64,000 bases of DNA, from assembly GCF_026571515.1 (NCBI RefSeq), contig NW_026867047.1, positions 310,001 through 374,000 on the forward strand, read 5' to 3'. Source of the stretch: Ruditapes philippinarum (Eukaryota). Positions 50,404 to 61,995 of this stretch are shown here, piece by piece; position 1 is the stretch's first letter, and each line of letters begins with the position of its first letter. Both the position numbers and the translations under genes were made by a program. The notes beneath the pieces are model-generated. The model worked only from the letters and a program-made list of their open reading frames with translations. It made no database searches and was not told where the DNA came from.

Positions 50404-53400
50404 TCAAAAATTGAGGCTAGCCTTACGTTTACCGGTATACGATTTATCACCTTTGGACTGTAGTTTCGACAAGTAGTTTGAATCGTTAGTATTCGCTTTT
50501 TTGAATGCTTTCTTAAAGTCTGATATAGCCCATGGTTTCCAAGGTGACGGTGCATGATCCTCTGTCGGATAAATGTCCGACAACGAAATACGGGATTGCA
50601 CGGATGGGAGGTCAACGGACGACATTTTCGAAACAACTGAATTCCTTCCTATTACATTATCTGGAGTGACGCCGTTATTCAGAGATGAAATTGGTTGCTT
50701 AGCAACAGATTCCGCCGATCTATTTGATATCTTATTTATAGAAAGGCGCCGCTCAGAACTGTCGTCTGCGCAAGATTTTGTGGATCTCTTTCTGGCGGAA
50801 GTTTCCGACATGTGTGACCCTGTCATTGAATTTTTATGATACTCGTATTCTATGGTCCTGAGTGGATAAGGCGTTTGTTCGAATGGTATCACTGAAACGA
50901 TACTTGATCTTCGAGAACTGCTTTTACTCCTGAGAAGGTTATTGAGTATGAATCCCTTTAAATAGCTATCTTCCTTACCCCTTCTACTCTCTCTTGATCT
51001 AGGTTGAATATCAATACTGCAACGAACAGAGCGTCCGCATAAATATAAAAGTAAACCGAATAATACCAGCAACAAATATATGGTGGTGAGAAACCATACA
51101 ATATTTTCGGGCATATCGAAAAAGGTCAACGGCCTGGCAACCAAAGATGAAATAACTGTGTTATAGTCCCCGTCAAGAACTACCACTGTAACAGGAGCAG
51201 CATCTTTCTTACCCTGTCCATCTTCAACACGCATCGTAAATTTGAACATTGTTCCAACCTCAGTATTCGTAAGATCTGTCGTTAGATGAATAGTTCCATT
51301 GTCGTCTGTTACAAATTCGTCTGTCTCTTGTTCTATGTAATAAAATAGTTTGCTATTCACCGACGTCGTGTCGAGATCTACCGCATATGCTTGACCAACG
51401 ATAGAAAATATCGGAAGATCTTTTGTTGCTATAAATAGATAGCTGGTTTGAATAAAATCAGGAGCGTTGTCGTCTTCGTCAGTGATGACAAAGCGCACAC
51501 TTGCATTTGACATCTGTCCTACGCTATCGGTGGCCGTAACTATGCAGAATATCTCGTGTTCCGGGACGCCGAGTTTGTCCACATCAAGTTCATACGATTG
51601 TTCAATGTCCGCACTGTGCTCATTTATTAAAAATAGATCGGTTTCTTCCCCACAATTGAGACCATAAATAATTACATCCCCTTTATCATTATCCTTTGCT
51701 TTGATTCTGTTTTTAACAACCGTTTTCCCAGGTCCGCTCTCCGATGTGAAAATCGTATAATTCGGATACTGAAATACAGGTGGTTCATTTACGTCAATGA
51801 TTGACAGTTTTATGTTTCCTTGATATGTATCCTGGCCGTCGAAAACACTAGGATAAAGTTTGATATTTTTAGATTTTAAACCTTCATAGTCGAATGGAAC
51901 AAGGGCGTGGATCACACCTGTGAATTCGTCAATTGAAAACAGTGGTATCATATTAGTAGGTTTTGCGTTCAAAGAAAACGTTAAATTATCATCGACGTCC
52001 TGGTCTATGGCTTGGACTTGGAAAACGGACGTCCCTGGTGGTGAATTTTCAGGTAAATTCACGGATGCCTTGTTAGGAATATTGTAAATTATCGGCGGAC
52101 TATTCAGGCCGGTTATGTTCACAATAAGCACCTCGGGCCCGGCTACATTAAAATGGTCCTCTATGCTAATTTCGATATAGTAAATATTTGAAATGGCAGT
52201 TCGTAAGTCATCGGTTACCATAATGCTTCCACCTTGAGTGACGTCAAATGGACAAGGCTCCGGATCGCACGTTATGTTGTAGAAAACAGGATTATCTTCC
52301 TCGTCTTGGTACAGTATATGGAAAATAAGCCCGCCGATGATACCCTTGTCTGCGTGGACGGGCACTGTAGCTGGTAAGTTCATAAATATCGGCGCTTTGT
52401 TCGGTTCCACATTTACAAATAAACTGTTGATGTCTGATTCTTTTCCAGCCGCACATTTAATAAACAGTTCATATGAATCTTCTTGGGCATAGCTCAAATG
52501 CGCGGTGGCTTTAAGGATTACTACCGGTGCCGAGCCATTGCTGTTCCGAACGAGAAAATATTTTCGTCCGGCAACGGGCTCAACGCCCTTTAAGCTGCAA
52601 GCAGTGGGTCCCGTATGTACCACCTCAATCTCGTGAAGTACTATCTCTGCATTATGCGCATCTTCACGTACAGAAACGGCGAAAGGCAAATTCAAAATAG
52701 CCGGGAGTTTAGTAATCACTTCAATCTTTAACGCCTTAGTGTCCGTATTGCCGCACAAGTCTTTGACGGTAAAACTTAGAGAATATTTCTCCTTTGGAGG
52801 AGTACGTTTTATATAAACCGAATTCTTTGACTGATTATATGCAAAGTATTCCGAAAAGTCGTCAAGAAATGCCGCAAAAGACGCCGGAACCTCCGTTCCG
52901 TCAACGCCATCAAATCCTAGCTGATATATTTCAGTTTTCGGGGCCAGATCACTTACGATAGTTATACTGCTTGGAAGATTTTTAAATTTTGGTTTCAATC
53001 CTTTAGAAACTGTGGCAGATATAGCATAACTTCTAGGATCAGAAGCTTGAACACTTGAAAGATCGACAATGTCTTCAACAAGCATAGGTTTCTTAACAGC
53101 CTTTATAAGAACACCTGCAGCTTTCGAGTCCTTCTTATAACTAATCATTGGAGCATCCTCGTTATACCAACCTAAGAGATCGCCTTCCTTTACTGCAATT
53201 TGCTTTACCTCTTCAACAGTCACTTTAATCAAATTATTTTCTTCCTTTTTATGGTACGTCGCTAAATTTTCACCAACTAAAGTATACTCCCCCGTGCCTA
53301 ATCCGCGCCATACTTGTAACCGGATGGTTCCCGGGTTCTTAATGTATGCGTTCCATTCTGAAATCGCTCCGCAACAGGGTACCACGTAATCTTCGTGACG

Positions 53401-56400
53401 GAATATTACAATTTGTCCCGTTTTCGTATCAACTTTATCTGTCAGCTGTAGGGGCTTACTGGAGCCGATGGTTGAATCTTTCGCACATGGGCCTCCTAGA
53501 GTAAAACATGAATATTTACATATCAAAGAAGAACCAAGGAAAGTGCAAGCAAGAGACACTTGCTTAATTGTTCAATAACTTTGATTGGTCAAAAATTACG
53601 AAAATGTATATTTTAAAAAACAATGCTCATCAGGCACGTCCCCTAGAATCGCACACCAAGCCGCATTCGAGAGGACGACTTAGTAAGATAAGAACGTGAA
53701 ACTTTATTGTTAATTGATAACCGTTCAACAAGTTGTTTGTAATCTCTATTGTCTACATAGGGTGATACGAAAACAAACATAATCAAAGAGCAGAAGGCGC
53801 TGAATATGTTTTGGTCTCAGAATGTCAGAAAGGTGAAGGTTGTGAGATTATAAAACAATTTGTTTTTGTATAGTGCCACCAATGCTTTCCAGCGTTTTAA
53901 TTAGTGTTGGGTATCGGACTCAAAAATCACTATCGATAATCGGACCACCACAATCGATTGTCTGCCGATAGTATCATCGAGTTTCGCACTTATAATGGCC
54001 CTTTTTTCTTTAGTATGATTTGCTCTTTGAATTTAAAACAAACAACACAAATACCTTATACTACTTTGTGACAGGTCAAAATATCAATGAGTAGTATTGT
54101 AGATCACTAATTTAACTACAGTAGATATATAAGTTTATAATGTTATATTACTACACACTATAATTTTCTAAAGTAGTATTAACACTATTAAATAGGTTTT
54201 GAATACAAAAAATACTTTAAAATTGTCTGGAATTAAAGAGATTCAGTCGGGAAACTTCTTTTTGACTGCATTTAAATAGGCAATTCAGCGGTTGTAGAAC
54301 ATTAAAATAATCGATTTTTAAAAAGGACTATCGATTGTTGCCGATTATGGGGTGGTCCGATTAGTTATCGATTTTCAGAGACAATCGGGACAACACTAGT
54401 TTTAATTGTAGTAGATTGGCTATAAGACTAATTGCAACACTGATATTCAATCCAATGTTTATTTGACTTAAACAATTTGAAAAAAATGAGTTGCCTTAAC
54501 TGGGATTTGAACTCCAGACCTCTCGCTTCCTAAACGAGCGCGCAAACCCCTCGGCCACGGTGAAATAGGTGGTCTGAAGAAAACCATATTATTCTAAATT
54601 AGGGTTTGTAACGACGCTAACTGTTGTTTAACACTTGTGTAAATAATCATGGTGCTTACTATAAGCATGTATATCTATAAAGAATAAAACAATATTAGAA
54701 ATCTTCGACCATTCGGGAATTATTTTGCTCGAAAATTATTGCGCCTGTTATGTGACCATATTTACGCAGTGATCTCTCCTGAATTTTTCGGCCTTAGTGT
54801 TACATATAAAGGGAAGTAACCGCTTCAAAAAAGCGGACTACTTTCGGCATTTGCAATTAACAGCATTAGAGTCTGAAATTTCGCTACCATTATTTGTTTG
54901 GTCTGACGACCCAAACAAATAAAAATGAAAGTGTGACGCCGTTACACTTCGCAACAACGCTGAATGTTCTTCCGAATAATAATTACGATCATTACAAGTT
55001 GATCGTGATCTTTTGCACTTGTTCTTCGTTAATTTCTTCGCTGTGAACCGGCCTTTTGTATCTCGCAACGCCATTTTGAAATGCCAGGATGTAACAGTGT
55101 AGTTCCCGGTGCTCGATTAAATTTTTAATTCCAATGCAGGGAACCATGTTCGGAATAACGGAAAAGTCCGATATATACCGGAAAAATGACGGTAAATGTC
55201 GAAATAACACGAATTAACCGGAAATGTATTACCCAGGTCTTACCTTAATATCGCAACCGCCGCTAATGTCGCAATGAGGACGTTAAATGTTGCACCATTA
55301 TCCCTTACCGTTAAATATCACAACACTACCGTTCAATGTCGCAAAATCGAAATTCGTGTTAAACAACTGGTATTCTGACAATATAAACGTTATGTAGGTA
55401 ATATGTGGACTAGATATCTATTAGACAGGAAAGGGTTTTCTGTTATGTACAACGAAATTGGTTAAAATTGAAGTCATCTTAGTCGGTACCACAATTTATG
55501 CCAAAGATTCCCTTGATGATAAAACACATTTGTATAGTTACTACGTTTTTCATTTAGCAACCGATTTGTCGTCGATTCGAGCTATGACATTAGCCTGAAT
55601 CTAACTCATCGAGAAGTTGATTCTAGAAGGATTCGATTAGAATTCAATCTCAGATCACAATGTTTTATATTTTGTGTCGGCCTTTCACCACCAAGCATGG
55701 GTGTCTGCGGTTTTATCTGTATTAAAGTTATTATACTGTATGTACTATTATTTTGCCACAATCAGATTACAGTTGCTGCAGTCATCACTAAAGGTCACGT
55801 ATGCAACTTATCAATCCAGTGTGTCTTTTCTTGAGGATTTTATAGGCGTTCGAAGTGAAACTGCTGCCGTTGTAGCAGATATATATTTTTAAGGTTGTCT
55901 ATGATGGCGGAAAATGCTCTGAAATTTGCTAACATTCTGACAGAAAATCATTCGTATTGTAACTTTATCCACAACTGAGGCTTTGTAAAAAAATTCTTGC
56001 AGCCCATCACAATACCTTTCTATTACAAGTAGAATAAGTCGAATATAGAAATTAAATGCGTACTTTGGCAAAAATGTCCCCAAGTTAATATTTGCAAACA
56101 AAGTGTGAAATAAATCTTCCATATTTAATTAATATAAAACGTTTTTGAAACGTTCATGTTTTGCAAAATTAAAATAATACTGTTATATACATAGCATGAA
56201 AAGTAGAAAAAACTTATAAGGACGAAAACTGATACCCCGCTTGGTTTGCATTACTATTGTGGTATATAAACCAATTTAAAACATATCTGTGAAAAATAGC
56301 CTTCTTTACATTAACAGGAAATGGCATAACTTTAAAGTCTGCCCTTTAATAAAAGGGCGGATACCTCTTTGTCCCTTTCACATCAGAGAAGGGGAATCCT

Positions 56401-58062
56401 GTGATGTGTGTATGTGGTCGCACGGACACTTTCCTTTCAACACGTCCTCGATGGCCGATGCATGTATTTGGTCGCATGGTCGAAAATCACTAATAAAATT
56501 ACAACGTTTTTCACGGAAAAGTCTTGGAAATAATTTTATTATAATGTTCTTAAGGTCTTTGTTACTTCTATTAAGGAGTTATTTGCTGTTTTATTTATAT
56601 TCACTTCTATAGCTATAAATACCTATTTAGGACTTTGATTCTCCATAAATAGAAGTGATTAAAAACCTTGTTACAATGTGTAAACAGGAATTTTATTCAT
56701 AATTATGAGAAACAAACCTAATAACAAATTTGTAATTCGGAATAAGAAGTTATAAAACCCTAATTAGGAGAAATAAAACAGTATTTAGAGTTCAGAAAAT
56801 AAAATCTTATATTTATGGTTATAGTATAGTATTAAGCATGATAACAAACCATGAAAGAATTATATGTAGATGTTGATTGAACAACTTTTTAGTAATTCAT
56901 CATATAAATGTCATGTAGAACTAGATTAACATATTTTGTTAAAAAAATATTTTGTAAGAATATCCAAATGATACGTTTCTGTTGTTTTTATCAATATTTG
57001 AAATACATGTATTTCTTGAAAATGTGCCCATTGTAGACCAATTAATCCGCTTAAAGAAGCATTTGTCATATTGAGTCGGCAGATGTCGGACATTATTTTA
57101 TTTCCAAAAGTTACTAAATATGTGCATACATTTACTAAATATTAATTGTAATTTAATACCACCAGCTAGATTAATTTTATCATGAGTATGCATCTGACGA
57201 TATCAAGAGGTAGTGTTGCGACATTTAACGGCAAGGAAAAATCGTAAGACATTTAATGTTACCCTTGCGACATTGAGCGACAGAAGATTCTGCGATATTT
57301 AGCGGCGACCTCAACTTAAGCGGCAATGTTGCGACATTTAACGGCAAGGAAAAATCGTGCGACATTTAATGTTACCATTGCGACATTAAGCGACAGAAGA
57401 TTCTGCGATATTTAGCGGCGACTGCAACTTAAGCGGCAATGTTGCGACATTTAGCGGCGTCGCGACATATAACGGCACCATAGAGTGAATTGACAGTGTA
57501 GAGTTTTCGATTTCCTAATAAAGTTATTCACAGTTATTGAAACATTAAGCACGTGCTGTTGCTTACAGAAAGTAACTTATAAACTTCTCCAAAATAGTGA
57601 ATGTATTCATTCTTAAAAGTTTACCCTAGGCATACATTTTGTTTATCCTTACATACAAAAATAGTTCGGTTATGTACTTACAATAACGCTTTAAAATGAC
57701 ATAATTATAACATTCATAGCATGAAAAGAAAACATGGCTGTTTTATATTAAAATACTCATTAATTACCCATATTAATAGAATCAAAGTTATTAAACATAT
57801 GGTCGGGCGGCCACATGTCTTTCCTTCATCTATAAGTATTCCAAGAAATAGTTCTGAATGAATATGCATATTAAATAAAATTCTTAACTATGAGAACGTT
57901 TCTAATCCAAAGTTTGTGAAGGTTATTTTATTTTGGCAAGATATTGGCCATATGTAAAAAATGAAAAGAAATGACAGCCGTTCTATTTGACGTACCTTCA
58001 AGAAAACAACATTTAAACATCAAAATCACTGTACAAACAACAATATTCCGACACGACTCCAT
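50404..58062 (-). CDS. Cadherin-superfamily type I membrane protein (protocadherin-like, 6 EC repeats plus N-terminal non-cadherin domain); 1052 aa; complement(join(50404..53495,57996..58062))
   Basis: 3.1-kb open exon with acceptor TTTTACTCTAG|GA at 53496/53495 (phase 1). Upstream phase-1 exon MESCRNIVVCTVILMFKCCFLE-G|GTACGT is signal-peptide-like; 67+3092 nt = 1053 codons. Cadherin motifs PENSPPGTSVFQVQAIDQD, FDYE, IIDVNEPPVF, AKDND, ITDEDDNAPDF, AVDLD. TM IVWFLTTIYLLLVLFGLLLYLC; Ser/Arg-rich tail. The ORF-track start at 53559 is intronic. Confidence 0.88.
53902..54398. mobile_element. hAT-type MITE in the cadherin intron
   Basis: Termini TAGTGTTG...CAACACTA; 8-bp TSD GTTTTAAT at 53894-53901 and 54399-54406; subterminal ATCGAT/ATCGG motifs. 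Confidence 0.85.
54493..54560 (-). mobile_element. tRNA-like SINE head / tRNA pseudogene fragment
   Basis: Minus strand: TGGCCGAGGGG (A box) and GAGTTCAAATC (B box); no convincing acceptor stem. Confidence 0.5.
55250..57480. mobile_element. Degenerate DNA transposon with repeat-built TIRs (GCGACATTTA motifs); left end eroded
   Basis: AATGTCGCAA-type motifs at ~55250-55345 are inverted relative to TTGCGACATTTA arrays at ~57210-57480, which include a ~120-bp tandem duplication. No TSD identified. Confidence 0.5.
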
Positions 58063-58819
58063 TTTTTGTTAAAATTGCTCCGTTTATTAAGTCAAACGAT
58101 TGCTGATTGACCGAATGCGAGCAGTGTTGAAAAAAGAACCAATATCGTTAATAGCAACACGTGACAACCGCGCAAGAATGTTGTTGGCGACTCAATTATT
58201 GCAACAACATGTTTATGTTAATTTTAAATGTACGTCTTTATACATATAAGGATTACTTTATGACTGGAAAAAATTTAACGACATTGAGAATGTTTGTAGG
58301 CGTGTAAAAAAGACACCATTATCTTTAAAGTTCAAAAAAGGATAAAACTTTTAAATTGAAGAGAAAATCAAAATTAAAAAAGTCGAAAGGAAGATGTGTT
58401 GTTATTTATAGCTAATTAGTTTAAAAATAGAAGTTATATGTTTGAATGTTATTTTAAGCAATCATTACCAAGATTCAAATGAGCAACCAGCAACAGGTTA
58501 ACACTCTTTAATAAATCAAGAATTCATATAAAAAATGTCGAAATGAAATGAAATTATTGAGCATACTTTTCGGTGATTTATAGAAATGTATCATGTATCA
58601 ATATAAAACTAATATTTCACTGTTTAAAACAGTAAAAAAATCAATTTTATAGTTTTCACTGTTTTTGAATTTAAGCCTGTTATGTTGTTTCAGTGTTATA
58701 CCAGCTTAAATGACGTCACGTATTATCTGGCGCGCTTTTCATTTAGTATTAGTTAAAATGTCTTTGCATATAGTAAAAAGAAAATTTGTTTAATCTAGTG
58801 TAAAATCGAAATTTATCAC

Positions 58820-59540
58820 ACACCCGTGCCGATTTTGCGACTCCGTAAAAATGGTATTGCACGACCGTGCATATATTTTGACGTGACGTCATTAGCGTTA
58901 TACAAACATAGTGTAACGACGCGCTAAATGATAGCGTTATACTATAGGCGCGTCAGTGAAAAATGACTCTTTATTATATACTTATAAATGAAATATTGAG
59001 AAATATTGATGAAATAAAATGCGTATTTTCATTTTCCGTATTTTCACCGTAAAAATTTATTTTTCACTGCAGTGAAACATATTTTCCGTATTTTCACTGG
59101 TGTCTTGCCGGACTACTTTCTTTTAAATTCTGCCAGTACACAAAATTTAAGGGAAAGTCTTTCAAATTTTAATGTCAAAAAAGATAAAAATGTATATAAT
59201 AAACAGAAAATTCAAGTTTTTTTCTATAAAGACATGATTTATTTTCATCTTGTGGCATGAAAATTACCATATTTCACTCGTGGCTACCGCCACTCATGAA
59301 ATATTTATTTTCATACCACTCGATGAAAATAAATCATGTATTTATAGAAAAAACTTGAATATCCTCTATTTATTTTGGGTGTGTGATAAAAAGAATATTA
59401 AATTCGTGTAAGTTCATTACTGAATTTATTGCACTCGTTGAATAAGATAATATTATGCTCGCCAGAGGCTCGCGTAATATAATTTTATTCAACTCGTGCA
59501 ATAAATTCAGTATTGAACTTACACTCATTCAATATCCTCT
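58820..59540 (-). mobile_element. Family B element with a family A element nested at 59001-59371
   Basis: 58820-58975 and 59372-59540 are collinear with the reverse complement of 49680-50040; the middle part matches 43319-43697. Confidence 0.65.
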
Positions 59541-60086
59541 ATATAATTACAAATGTATATACAACAATAATAACAATGTTAAACTAATTTATTTCAAGAA
59601 TCAAAGATATACTATGCTCATCCTTGAGTAAAATATTTTAATCACGGAAATTTATTGAAATCTATGAAATTCTTACTAAATATGTCTAAGTTGAGTAAAA
59701 TAATGAATTAACAATGTATGGGCAGCTGTGTTCCCTATAACAGGTAATGGAAAGTTGGTCTTTATTGTGATTGAAGTTAATATTGAGGAAATTTTATTTA
59801 AACTTGTATATAAGCATAAAGTAAAAAGAAATTTTGTTTGTTTGTTGTGTAATATGTTATTTTATTCTCGTGAACTTCAAAAACGTCTACGTCACTCGTG
59901 AGAATACTGTTTTTAAAGTTAACTCGATGAAATAAAATCATAACAAACCAACAAACAGCCTGACTGTGAGATAGTTTAATCTGTTTCAACTGTAATACTG
60001 TCTAAAAATATTTACTTTTAATATCTGCAATATCAAAAAAAAAAAAGTTTTATCTTTTGGTAACTTATGGTTTTTTTATTATCAAG

Positions 60087-61010
60087 ATCACCAAGGCGGC
60101 GGGTTTTGTCCGAACATCACCACATATTGCCATTTCGGTTGCTGCGGGAACCATGATAATCAACACTGCTGTTTCCCCATCGGCGTTTTCATTGGATGTG
60201 GTTTTGGACTGCTCGGAACCATCTTTTTACTGATATCTATATTCAGATGCCGCATTGCTCGAGCGCGGAACCAGCCACAAATTCAGAATACAGTTAATCT
60301 GGATTTTGGTCCTGAATTTGGTAAAGTATATTCATACAATTTTGTCAACGCTAAACCAGTTGAGATGCAGTTATTGTTATATGACGATTTATAATTACTA
60401 TTCAAAAGACATAATATGGTAATTATAAAATAATTGTTATGTACAATAAAATAAAAAGCTGTAAAATCTAAGTATATTGGACGAGACGCTAGCCGAGACA
60501 TATTTGGTTTGCAGCTGTGTACGAGTCCATTAGAAATACGATAAAAATGCATTTGATAAAGATATTTTAGACTCTGAAAAATGAAAACCAAGCAGTATGG
60601 GGTACTTTATGTTTTTGATATAGATTATGTGGGCTCTGGAAATGGAAACGAGGCTAATTAAATGAATAAGACTGGATCCTATAAAGATTTCTATTGGAAC
60701 ACCATGTGGTTCAAACGCTAAAAGTTCATTGGTTATATAGCTTATATATATAGTTAATATAAGTAAAACAAATATCTATATACTTCACTTGATACAAACA
60801 TATTGAGATACATCTGAAATATACATATCTTACACAGCTATTTTATTTTCAGGCCGTGAAAACCATGCATATTCACTGGATGGTTCCACAGTTGAAAGCG
60901 TCTCCGGAAGTCAAGAGTTGCCGAAGTATTCCGATTATTTGCCGCCACCTTCGTACGAGGCGGCGATGGCAGAAACTGGTGGAATAGTCATTGAAAATAG
61001 CATTACATAA
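60087..61010 (+). CDS. Single-pass Cys-rich membrane protein with PY motifs (Shisa-like/CYYR1/WBP1-VOPP1 type); exons 60087..60320 and 60853..61010; first coding exon unresolved
   Basis: Exon A (phase 1 to 1): HQGGGFCPNITTYCHFGCCGNHDNQHCCFP-IGVFIGCGFGLLGTIFLLISIF-RCRIAR..., i.e. C,C,CC,CC followed by a TM helix and basic stop-transfer residues. Exon B: GRENHAY...ELPKYSDYLPPPSYEAAMAE...IT* with LPxY and PPxY motifs. Canonical splice sites; missing from the ORF track. Confidence 0.8.
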
Positions 61011-61884
61011 TAACTATGCATGGCCATATTTGTTTTTTAGATATCACAGGAGCTCAGGAATGTTCATTTACGTCTAGCCAGCAATTCGACTTTTAATCAT
61101 TTAGAAGTGTTTTGAAAAAGAAACAAACAAAAAATTTGTTTGCTCTTACATCTCTGGTTTTAATAATATACCGTGATAAGCGAAAAAGTTAACAATATCT
61201 GTTAAATGCATAAAAAGCATATGGAATGATGACTAGAATGGTAGATAACTTTATAAAGGCTTTACATTGTATGGAAATACAGGATTTCTGTATATTAACG
61301 TATGTTTCCACGTAAAAGATAATTTCTATGAATGCTTGCCAGAGATTCTCTTCTTATCTGTGCAGATGATGCTAAAATGGATGATGTCTTTTCGTAGACA
61401 GGTACATGCAGATTGTCAATCTGATAAAAAAAAACCAGCTCCTACGCATAAAGATCTGACTACCACCAATAGGTTGTCACTTTTCCTTTTCGTGATCTTT
61501 CAGATGATATTTATCCTCGATTTTAAATGTTAATAAAATTTATATAAAAATGTTATATATTATATGTAATAATTTTTTTTTATATGGACGTTTTCAACAA
61601 CCATTAAATTGACTTCTTTATTTGCTAATATATATACATTGTATATATTTCCACATATTTTTACAACAATAATCTCAATGTCAGGTCAGTGATCGTAAGG
61701 GGGAATTCTTAAACAATCGTCTTTTCCATGCCTTTTTTAGGCAATCTTGGCTACACAGCTATGAAGGCATCTTTTGTGTTTATGTTAAAAGCTATTTTAT
61801 ATGATTTTATAAACCTAAACAAACTCGGAATTGTCTATGAATTTCTACTTCATTTCTATGTAGGGCATGGCTTTTTTGCCCTAC

Positions 61885-61995
61885 GCAAATTGCGCATGCG
61901 CGAAAAATACTACTTCCGGTCATTTTTTCATAGCAACGGACCGCGTCGTAAAAATGTCTATACGCGGTTACAATCAGATATCTACATGTAAGAAA
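61885..61995 (+). promoter_or_regulatory. Candidate housekeeping-type promoter / first exon of a downstream gene
   Basis: Local CpG enrichment with NRF1-type TGCGCATGCGC (61891-61901), ETS-type ACTTCCGGT (61912-61920) and RFX half-site CATAGCAAC (61929-61937), then AAAATG (61954) and a T|GTAAGA donor at 61987/61988. Confidence 0.4.

Noticed and set aside
53496-53559. ORF-track N-terminus MSLACTFLG... of the cadherin
   Set aside because: Non-ATG start upstream of a good acceptor; a phase-matched signal-peptide exon exists at 58062-57996.
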